DNA of 64,000 nucleotides from Ascidiella aspersa (taxonomy: Eukaryota): contig OZ004613.1 of the NCBI GenBank assembly GCA_963924565.1, positions 26,846,001 through 26,910,000 on the forward strand, written 5' to 3'. Made by a program: the position numbers and the translations under genes. The notes under the pieces were generated by a model that had not been told where the DNA came from, did not search any database, and saw nothing but the letters and a program-made list of their open reading frames with translations. Positions 36,701-48,700 of the stretch are shown here, piece after piece. Position 1 is the first letter of the stretch. Every line of letters begins with the position of its first letter.

Positions 36701-39700
36701 AAAAGAAGCAACAAGCAGAGCAGCAAGCAGCAAAAGAAGAGCCCCCGAAAGCCCAGACCCCAAGCGCATCTGCCCCACCTAGTGTACAGCCACCACATCA
36801 GCCAATGGAAACGTCGACACCCGGGCAACAACCCGGATATCCGGGGCAACATATGCCTTACCCCCAAGACCAATACCACCCTTCGCACATGGGGTTGCAA
36901 CAGTACCCACCCTACATGAAGAAGCCCCCTGGGGGTTACCCGCCTCACCCCATGCAAGGACCCCCTCGGCACCATGCTAGACCCATGGGGGCTTACCCTC
37001 CTGTTCACCCGTCCAATACTTATCCCCCGGCACACAACGCCTCTTATCCCCCGAGTGCTCAAACCCCGGAAACCCAATCACAAATGACCAGGCCCCAGAA
37101 AATTGCAACCCCGGTGCCCCCTGCTTCATCTGATGAGCCCCCTAAAGAGTCCCCCGACCCCGCAGCACCCTCAATTCGGCCCCCGGTTCCGGTCGATACT
37201 TCTCTGGCTGCAGCAAACCCTTTTAATGAACCCAAGGGTAACCCCCCTTCAGCGTCACCCAGCTACCCTCCAAACCACCCGCAATACCCCCACCAGCCTC
37301 AAATGTCACCCCATGATGCATATAGAGGTTCTTACCCTCCAAGACCGGGGATACCACCATCTCAAATGCCGTATCCAAACAGGTAAAAATATGAATTTGC
37401 AATAAAATAATACTTTAAAGAGACTTATTCTGGTTATGTTGTAAAAAAATGCATAAACATATTGATAAAATGCCACCTTATACTTACCTAACATTGTCAA
37501 AATAGCTTTATACATAGTTTGGTTCTTTTATAAAAAAAATTTTATAAGTTTACTTTGAATTTCTTGAGAAAAATGTTTTTTTTTTAATTTAAAAAAAAAA
37601 AATGCTTTTTAATGTAAATATTTTTAGTATACAATGTGTTATAATAAAAACGTATTCACAACTGTGCTTTGTCATTGCCTTACAGTTCAACGCCGCATTC
37701 GCGACCACTGCCACCGACCCCTTCCCACCCGGGAATGGGGCCGGGAAACCACCACCAAAGTCCCTCACCCAGGAATTCCCCAGCTTACCCGCCCCCTTTG
37801 CCGGGACACCCAATCCCTCCTAGATCATCTTATTCTGGACAGGTGAGTTTATCAAAAATCAGATTGATCATAAAATCACGGTTGCCATAAAGTCTTTAAA
37901 GCTTTAAAAGTCAAAATGTCTTTGAATTGATTTATAGTTTGAAAAGTATTTGAAAAACCTTATGTTTTCCAAAAGTTTTTATTTCATTTTATCATCAGCT
38001 TACTTATGTGTTTAAAAAGTGCCAGTAAGTAAGCAATTTTTCAGTTATTTTTACTGTGTTGGCCATGAAATTTTTAGTGTTTTGTAGTTTAATTATTTAG
38101 TAATAGTCTTCTTTAAAATGTAAAATGCCTGTTTTTTGGTATTTCCAGACAATATTTGCTAAACTCTGTAAAATTTACTGAACAGTGTCTTAAAATCCTA
38201 AAAATTTTTTCGTTGCAGCCTCCATATTCGCAGCATGGCAGTTACCCTTCGCCAGGCCATTACCCCGGCATGAAGCGCAGAGCCCCCGATTCCTACCATG
38301 GACCACCGAGCAAGTTTATCCGGCCGGTCAGTCCCAATTTATAAACAAAATTACATGTGTTTCTCATCCTGTGCTATGCGAATGCTATTCATATGTTTAT
38401 TTATGACTACAGGGTCTTTTTTTTCTTACTTGTTTTTTTTTTAATATAAAACTTGAATAAAAAACAAAAAGTATATTTGAAAATTTGCCAGTAAAAAGTC
38501 AGACACTGTTCTGCATAAAACTTCTTATAGAACTTATTTTAGTTATAAATTGATAATACAAAATTTAGAATATTTTTGTTAATTTTGGTAACTGATTTTC
38601 CAGGAATCTCACCCTCCCCATTACTCTTCCCCCGCTTACCCCCCAAACCACCACCCCCAGTACCGGCCCGACCACGACCCCGCCCACAGATTTTCCTCGG
38701 TTCCACCCACCCACGTAACCTACAGCGGCATGGACGAACAGGGAATGCCCCCTCACCCCACAAACCCCTACCCCGGGGGCGGGTTCCAGAGGAGGAACAA
38801 AAACCTGGGGCCGATGGGCTTTCATAAGAACGAAGCGGGGCCCATGTCGGGCCGGTGGTCGGGGTCCACGCCACAACGAGTTGCAAGCCCCATTCTGTAC
38901 TCGAGCAAAATACACGTGGCCAGACGGTGAGTCGCCTAATATTCAATGAATATGTAGATGAGGGATTTTTTTTCACTGCATTGTTTTAAGCCGTTTTAAT
39001 GATCTCGATCAGGGGGGTTCGACCTTCGGTACGCAGAGCAAACATATGTAGTCCTAACCTCACTCTCGTTTTAAAGGAAGACAATACTTTCGTATAAGTA
39101 GAGGTTCATACTGCCTAGTTTGAATAGCTATCATCGAGTTTGCTTTAATATTTATTAAGATAATTTTATTATAAGATCGTAAACGACTAGTTTTTGCTTG
39201 CATTCTTTGTGCCTTGCTCTTTGCTGCAATTGCGCTGTACCAAACAACAATAAGAATCAGAAGTTTTCCATACAAACTGCCATGAAAATTGCACCCCTTA
39301 TACCAATCGTTACCGCCTCTGATTTTAAATTATTCAGTATATGAAATGTTTGTCCTGCTCAGCTTGAAAAAGCGCAACCTTCATACTTTATGGACCAGAA
39401 CTGTTTTTAACGTCCCCTCTTTACTTTCAGATCCCACCACAGCCAAATGAGCAAGTCGAGCATGTTCTTTCCTCCAGGCTGCGTTGAGTCCACAGCGCCT
39501 CGCATCACCAAGTTTCAGAGGAAAACTTGCAGAGATGGTAAGTTACTAAAAACGGGAAAGGAAAAATTGGGACCCAACATAAAATATTAATATTTTTCGT
39601 CCTCAAGAATCTGTACTTGGCCTACAAAAGTTGTAGCAGATTGGTATTTTTTTACTACATGAATCTAATTTAGTGCAATCGCTCTGAATCATTCTCTAGT

Positions 39701-42700
39701 TTATAACTCTATATCAGGGGTAGGCAACGTGCGGCCCTTTTCCATTTTTTGTGCGGCCCTTCACCTTCTTCCAGCTATTTTTCCCTAAATAAGGGAAATT
39801 TTGCTCTATCAGTTTCTTGTTTGAATCGCGATGTAACCCATAGGCTGCAACGCTACACTAATGCAGTTGAACTCGAAAGCATCGGTTACAAAACAATCTT
39901 CATTCATAAAGTTTTACTTCTGTCACATTGTTTTGATAAAGAATTGTTTTGCAACAATTACACTTGGCTGGTACGATCAAGATTTAACAGACTTTTGCCA
40001 CGCATATCGACTTTGACTGAGATGGTATGTTTAACAGATGGTTTTGAATTAAGGATGTTAATTAAATTGTACTGAGCCGAGTAGCTCATTAGTTTTTCTA
40101 TTAAAAGCTTAAAATATAAATTAGTGTTTATTTGATATGCGGACCTTCTGTAAGCATTACATTGCCTAACTGGCCCTTGTGTTAAAAAGGTTGCCCACCC
40201 CTGCTCTATATGATCAAGATTGTCATACATTACCATAAATTATTTCATTTTTATGCATTGTGAAAAGAGTTAAGAAAACTATAAACTCTTTAAAGCATTT
40301 GTACAGCAGAAAAAAATAATTTTCTCGCTTCGTCAGTCCCTAGAATGAAAATAAATTCACCTTCTCAAAGCTATATCTAAAAAATCGCTTTTTGAAAAAA
40401 CTGTTCGGCCAAATTTAACCCATATTGAGATGCTCACCTAAGCAACCCGTTTTTGTTGCAGTGGGCGTTACGGAGGCGTGGCGTGTGATCATGGCACTAA
40501 AGAGCGGCTTACTAGTGGAAAGTACTTGGGCTCTAAACGCCCTCACCATCTTCCTGTACGACGACCAAGCCGTCCGACAACTGAAGCTCTCGCAACTACC
40601 AGGGCTGCTCGACTGCCTAGTCGAACATTACAGGTAGTGATTTACTTTAAACCAGTTCTTGTTGACCTGCAGAAATTTGTTAGAGGGGCGTATCTTTTTG
40701 GAATCCAAAACCATTGGCAGCAGGTTTCTGCTTGTCGATCACTGTTCCACTGACGCGTATATAAACAATAAAACTCAGTTTTAAAAAACGAGTAAAGGTC
40801 GACTGCCTAGTCGAACATTACAGGTAGATTTTTGAAATCAGTAATTGTCAACCTGCAGTACACTACGCAAACCTTCTTAATTTGATAGAAGGGCGTATCT
40901 TTAAGGAATCCAAAACCGTTGGCAGCAGGTTTCTGCTTGTCGATCACTGTTCCGCTGACGCGTATATTAACAATAAAACTTTTAAAAAACCTGAGTAAAA
41001 CCAGGATCAGACATTTTTTTAAGGAATATATATACAAATGTTTCATTCGAATTATGGAACTGACGATGTCAGTATAGGCGAAATTTACTAAAAACATTTA
41101 CGAAAAGTAAGTTCTTGTAAACATTGTTTTTTTGAGGGACTCCAATGATTTTTGGAAATTGTTTTACCAAGAAATCTTCACATACTTCAAACAGTGGCGG
41201 CCAGAGGTCACCAGACCCAACCTAGAAAAACCTGCTTGTGAAAACAGCTGTAGGTTGTGGTAGTAGCAAAACACACGGTTGTATAAAATCAGTAAGGTTC
41301 GGGAACCACTAGGTCAAAACAGATACAAGGCAACCTGGGAAGTTGAACGCTTCCCGGCTCTGCCTGTGTGATGCTTGGAGCGCCTCTGTAGTGGCGTAAA
41401 GTCTTAATCACAGTATCAAAAATCATCTCACGTCCTATTTCTTCTCTCTGAATTTTCTCGACAATTGCGTCGGGTGTTTAGATGGAAGAATTATGACCAT
41501 GGGCCATTGCATATTCCTTTCACGTTGCATAGATGTTACACATCTGTGAGTGCAGAGTGAAACCATGCAAGGGACATTTGAAATCCTTTATTTATAAACC
41601 AGGGTTATCACAATGATGTAAATAATCTTGTAAATGAGCAATAAATAGTCTTTTAAAAACTCGGTTTTAAGTCCTTGAATAGTATTTGAATATATTTTAT
41701 GTCCTGTGTATGCTATACGTTTAGAAACTACCTTAGTAACGCCAATTTAAAATATTTGTTATTATATTAACCATGACATTTATACTGTTTTTTTCGAATG
41801 ATACTTATAAGCACGCCATATTATCCAATTTTAGGTCTTAAAAATCCATAACTTTTTTAGAAAAGTTAGTAAATGTCTTTGAATTAAGTTGATAAAAATG
41901 GGTAGCAACCCCGCAAAATATCCTATCTTTATAATCCACATGTTAAACTCCGTGTTTAGCAATGATAATTATCGTCTAATTAAAAAAAATCAAAACACTT
42001 GACTCTTCACAAACTGCTTTTAACAAGTCTTGAGTTCATAACAATTCAGTTTACAATAAGCGCGCGTCAAAATATGTCAGCACCACTCAACAACGATTTT
42101 CTCTTTCGACAGACGCTGTCTGGCCGAGCTTTTCTCCCTTCCCGGCGAAACGGAAGCCCTGGGTGTGACGTCACAAAAGGAGGGCGCGATCAAGTTGGAG
42201 GGGGAAGGGGAGACCGGGGCCTCGGACACGGAACCGGAACCGGATTACACCTTCACCACGAAACCCCACAAGCAACGCGGAAGGAAAAAGAAAAGTAAGT
42301 GTTGTGCTTTTTTTGTTCACTTTGAGTGAGCCATGTTTTTTGTTTAATTTTTTAGCCGTTTTTTATTTTAATGTAAGGTAATTTTTTTTATTGTTCCTTT
42401 CAAGTTATAGAATTTTATTTTAAGGTAAAAATGTTTTTTTTAAGTTATTCCTTTCAAGTTTTAGAATTTTATTTTAGGGTGAAAATATTTTTTTAATATT
42501 CCTTTCAAGTTTTAGAATTTTATTTTAAGGTGAAAATGTTTTTTGAATATTCCCTTCAAGTTATAGCCGGCTCATGTTTTACTTCTTAAAAGCTGTTTCA
42601 AATTTGACTTTTACTTATATTAGCAATTCTTTTCTTTTAATTTTTATGTAATTATTTTAATTTTATAGTGATTTAGGATGTTGGTTTTTCACTATTTGGC

Positions 42701-45700
42701 AGTGTTGTAAACAAGTCATTTAAAAAGTACTGAAGTCCCAGTCAAGTCATTATTAGAGCAAGTCAATTCCAAGCCAAGTCCTTGTCACAAAAGTTAAACG
42801 TTAAACTATTCGAATGGGTAAATTCGTTCGATTAGCAGCAATAAATCAACTAAAAAAAATCACAAACGCAATTAACAGTCAAAAAATTGTTTTTAACCCA
42901 ATGCTTAATAAAACATTTCCCAAGTCATTTGTTCAAAAGACTTGAGTCAAGTAAAGCCATTTAAAAACAGTGACTTGAATGCATTTAAGTCTAAAGGCCC
43001 GTTTACACTACAGCTGCACTGAGCTGCACTGGGCGTGAAATTGTTTTCACTTCAGCTGCAGTGAGCTGCGCTGGGCGTAAAAATCGCTCCAAACGTAATG
43101 TGTTTCTATAGCTGCACTGGGCTTGAGTTTAGCAAAGCGTGGAAATCGCTACAAAGCGTATTTTTAAGCTAGCTGCAGCTGCTGCACGGGGCTTGAGTTT
43201 AGCAAAGCGTAAAACGCTCGCCACAATAGAATTTAAATGCAAATTACGCTTTGCTCAGCTCAGTGCAGCTGTAGTGTAAACGGGCCTTAGTCAAGTCAAG
43301 TCATTGACTTAGGTCAATTACAAGGTCACGGATATTCCGCTTATATAACATGTATAGAAAACTTACTTTAACGTACTTTCATCCCTATTTTTTTTAAAAC
43401 AGCACTAAATATTGCAACGCTATGCTTAACAGACATAACTGCATTTAATCAATTGTTTTTGTTTCCAGACTGCGTGATTCCGTCCAAGTATTGTAGCAAG
43501 TTCACCAAACTGCCAATCAAGATTGAACCGAAGACAGACACCTTCGTCATGGATAAATCGCACCAGTGGGACTTCGCTCACCAGGTACTTGAAAAATGTT
43601 CCCTGAAAATGTTCTTTGGCAAACCGCAGCTCGTTTTGCTGTTTCCTATATTTTTAAAATTTTTTTTTTTTATTTTAAAAAATATAAAAAAATACAATGA
43701 ATCGGTAAAATTTTTACGAAACGTTTATTTTGGGGTTTGTTGTTTTAATTTCATCTTTTAGTGCAAACTTTAATACAAAGTAATGCAAAAACTAATTAAG
43801 GTTTTGGAACGTAACGATTTGGAGGTTGTAGCAAGACGTAATAAGAATATTTCGAATTTTCAATTTTTTGGGGGTTATTCCAATTTTTTTCAAAAAAACG
43901 TTTTTTCTACCGTCAGATGGATCTTACCGACGACTTATCGCACATCGTTCTGAGTTTCGCTCAATCCTCGAAAGTGCTAAAGCCAATAGAAGACGAAAAT
44001 CAGAAAGAAGCGGCTCATCCAAACCTGGACGAGTCCACTGTGGTTGTCGAGGCAACCCTGGAGGATGTCCTCTCAATCCCCTGCTCCGTCCTCTTCCCGG
44101 ACGAGTACGACATCCACAAGACCTCCATGACCTCCATCTTGGAAGACACACAAAAGAAGGAAGACGTTTCCTCTGAGCAAAAAGAGAGCAAATCGCTAAA
44201 GACCGCCCTTGTAAAGAAAGTAGATGATGATGATGTTAGCGAGAAAATTGAAGCGCTTAAAAATGAAATCACGAGCGGTGACATAACGACCAAAAACCCT
44301 GACGTCATTGACAAGCTAAATGACGTGACTAACAAGGGCGACGATCTAAAATTGCTCGACGAGAGTAAAACGAAAAACGGTCTGTCGTCGAGTCCCGACG
44401 CAATGAAGAGCAAATCGAAGAAAGTCATCGAGGAGATAAAACTCAAGGAGGAAGTAAAAAAAATGGAAGTGGCTCCTCCGATGTGCAACGGCGTCCAGTC
44501 CGACGAGGGATCAAGCGATGAACACGCAAAGGAAGATTCTGCTGAAGTTTCAAAAGACACAACCGATGCTCCGAAGGAAGCTGATAAAGAAGAGGAAGAA
44601 AAACCGATTGAACTTAAAATCGAAGCAACGACAGACGAGAGTGACGCAGTTAAAGCTCCCGAGAAGGTCTCTGAGCAATCCGTGGATGTTGTGATGGCTC
44701 CTACTCCTTCACGAGTCCGCTTTCGAGTCGAGAGCGTCCTCAAGGAGCGCAACGTGGTCCTCCTGGAAGACGAGGTCCTCGGAAGCGAGGGAACGATGTC
44801 GGACGCTCTCTCTGGATCCGTGGTCGCCTCCAAGACCTGCTCCCGGTTCGAGGAGCTCTCCCAGCGCGCCCAGTGCATCTCAAACATCATCCGCGGTCTT
44901 TCCTTCATCCCCATCAACTGCTCCGACCTCTGTCAGCATCGCAGCCTGATGCGCGCGCTCTCCGGATCCCTCTTGTTACGTCACAAGCACCGCACGCGCC
45001 CGCGTCACGTACAACAATCGGACGCGGCGGCCAACTTCTTAACCTCCGAAGGCGACCATTTCCCCTCTTCCGCGAAATCACCATCCGTGCCGCGATACTT
45101 TGTCGAGTCTTCGGACTTCGCCGCTAAGAAAACGCGCACCTCAGAGCTCTTCGCTCCCAGCGACGATCAGATCGCTCCTTCCGGCAAAAAACGACCGCGT
45201 TTTAGCATCACCGTTTATGACGAGGAAGACAGGGATACAGCAGAGGCGTACAAGAACCCATGGTGGTGGGATTGCGTCCGTCGCATCCGGGAGGACTCCC
45301 TGGTCATCCTGTCCAACATCTCTCCAGCCCTGGACCTATCCAAGCTGCCTGATGATCACACGGCGCTCGCGGTTATCGAGGCCTGTCTTCATTGGACCGT
45401 TTGTCCTTCTTCTGATGCCTCGGACGCATTTTCAAGCAAATCAAAGTAGGTTTTTTAGTTTTACAATGAATTGGTGGGCAGTTTATATTGGGATCGCATA
45501 AGGAACAATTTTCTATCACTCAGTTTAGAAAATTTAAGCATTAATTTCCATGTTTTACAATTTGAAAAATATATATTAGTTAATTTAGAGTAAGACGTAG
45601 TAAGAATGTTTTTACGAACAGTTTATATTAGAGTAGTCTGGCAAGCAATTTTATTTTTCAGTTATGAAAATTGATTCCAAAAGTTAGTTTGTTTTCGTGA

Positions 45701-48700
45701 TTCACAATTTGGGAAGAAATTAATAAACTAATTTAGGTTTTGAAGCATAATGGTTAGAGGTTGTAGTAAGACGTAGTACACTAACTATGTCAAAGCCCAT
45801 ACAGAAGTACGTATTATTTTGATCGTTTCATTTATCTCTTTCTCCATTTTCAATATCAATACAGAGTTATTCGAAACGTTTACAATTATGACCACTTCTG
45901 TGTGAGCTCAAATATTCTTACCAATTTAGCTTTAATTTCTGTGCTCTGTTTTGGTTTGTTTCTTACTAAACTAACCAAACACTTCATTCTGCAGGAATTT
46001 CGTGTCGCCGCAGCGCCTTGCTCTGGAAATTCTCACCAAACTGACGATAAAAGAACACAACATCGATCTTATTCTCGCTACTCGACCCTTCAGCAGGATA
46101 GAAAAGCTGTTCAACTTTCTGGTAAGTCGTGAAACTAATTTTTATCTTAACACTTTTGGTCATCATATATTTAACATAACAATTAAGTGTTATAATTGAA
46201 CTTAACATTCGGTCTTCCAACCCGAAAAGGTAACCAAAAAACATTTTTTTCTATTAAAACCTCGTTCTTTAGTAAATTTTTACAAAGGAAACGAATTGAT
46301 TTATAAATAAACTGTAAATACCGTAATACTGCAGTTTACATGATTATATTGCAGTATGTACGTTTAAATACGCTCGTTTGCTAAATAGAAAAAGTGTGCT
46401 ATTTCACTGGCCATTTTCGTTTGAGCTGTTGCATGGCATCTATAGTTTGCGTGTTCATGTAAACTCTTACTTGCAAGTTTTATCAACTAAAATCCACAAT
46501 TTAACATTTATCATCGATATTTTGTGTTGGTTTCACTGAAATGGAAACTATTTTTCCACCAGCGTTTTTGAACAACAACCGCAACAAAACCGTTTGCAAC
46601 TCTTGTTGTTTCAGGTCAGCTTATTGTGCGACCGCAAGGACCAAGCTATGCGCGAATACTCGCTCGTGTTGCTATGCAACCTTTCGTCCGGTGACGTCAC
46701 TGCTGCGCGCGCAATCGACCTCCAGAAGGGGGCGCTACCGGGCCTCATTTCGTTCCTCGAGGTACGCCGAAATGTTTTTTGCGTTAAGCGATCAATTAAT
46801 TGTTTTGGGTTGTGTGCTGTATTTTAAAACGTATAGAAGTTGTGGTTAACCTTTTTTACCTGGTGGATGGATCCTTTTTTTAAATTACTGAGCACCTTAT
46901 TAATATTTATAACAAAGAAGATTAAGTAGGGTATGCAGTCCTTACCAACTTTCAGCACCCATTTAAACTACTTCCTAGATGTTTTTTTTATTTTGTTTAT
47001 GAGTTGTGCACCCTGTGTTACGATTGTTCAGTCGAATAACTTACTACTTTCGTCTCTGAAGACTTAACATTCAAAAAATTCCAGTTTAAATATGTAGTCT
47101 GTAACGCAAAATTAGCTTTACCGCCGATTTTAAGCCCCGCCAAATATTTTCTTTCCAATTAAAAACGTACGAAAAACGGGTTTACGTAGTACAGAACTTC
47201 TCGTATATTGGCCTAAAAATGCGTCTTTGTTTAATGCTTGCCGCACTTTTTAACGACCGCTAATTTTCACAGGAATGCGAAGAAACGGGTATGTCGAACC
47301 GTCGCATGTTCCCCGCCTCGAGTATCAACTGCGGGACGACCCCGTTCATGATGTACAAGTGCGCCGCCACCCTGCACTCACTCGCACAAGTCTTGGAAAA
47401 CAAGTGAGTAAAAAACATGTCTTTATTGGACTCCTGCCGTAAGACTGAAATAAGAACAACATCTCCATCGAAAAAATATCAAAATTGGACTAATACATAT
47501 ACGTAATAGTCGTATCAACGTCTGCATATAATTAAGTCCTAATTACGTCGAAATAAGACCTAAATGGCCATCTCTCTGTTGGAACTTCCAACTTGGAAGT
47601 GTTGGTTCATCCTTAAAATTTATTTATCGCGGGGTGAACCATTCGCCAGTTTAAGAAAAACTGATTACGCACGCTAACACAAGGCAAATGACAAAATATT
47701 ACGTTACGCTACTCAATTTGGTCCAGTAACTATTATTCCGATATTACGCTTAGAATACGCGGTTATATTTTATGGGGACGTTAACGAATATTTTTAGTTG
47801 AAAACATTTCTCTCTGTAATATGGAAATTGTTTTTATTTTTTGAAACTTACAATTTAGTTTTTTTTTGTGGTTTACGTAACACAATTTTGTTTTTCCTGT
47901 TTAAAAAAACTTTTGGTCAATACACCATCATCAGTGAAAAATAAGGGAACGATTTCCTCAAACCGATTTTCTTGTTATGTCAATAATTTTAAATTTCTGC
48001 TTGTGAATCCCAGCTGTAGGTTGTGTAGTAACCAAACACGTGATTGCAAGCGACTACAAAAACTTCGGGAATCGGGAACCACTCATTTAAAGCGATAAAA
48101 TGATACAAGGCAGCCTGGGAAGTTGAACGCTTCCCGGCTCTGCCTGTGTGATGCTTGGAGCGCCTCTGTAGTGGCGTAAAGTCTTAATCACAGTATCAAA
48201 AATCATCTCACGGCCTATTTCTTCTCTCTGAATTTTCTCGACAATTGCGTCGGGTGTTTAGATGGAAGAATTATGACCATGGGCCATTGCATATTCCTTT
48301 CACGTTGCATAGATGTTACACATCTGTTAGTGCAGAGTGAAACCATGCAAGGGACATTTCATATCTTAAATTGTTACAAGAACTTTTAAACCTAAAATTA
48401 CCAATCAAGAATGGGACTTTTAATAAAAAAAATATATTTTTTAAACAGAATATAATTCGGGTACACTATGCACGGATCTCCAATATAGCTTGATAATGAA
48501 TTGCAAAGCCAAAAAGGTCAACGAGACCGACATCATCTTGATTGAGACGTTTAGATACGAGCTTGCATTATCTTCAGTTAATGTGACTGATAGCAACTCA
48601 ATTGCCTTCCACCCTTTATATATGTGATTCTTGAATGTCTTCTCAGTTACATGAACTAAAGAGAAAGCAAGTTTGTATCGAAACGTCTCAATCAAGATGA

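Noticed and set aside
44015-44917. 300-aa antisense ORF, and the similar 197-aa ORF at 7010-7603
   Set aside because: Shadow frames of real coding sequence on the opposite strand (ARID1 exon 21, PGM1).
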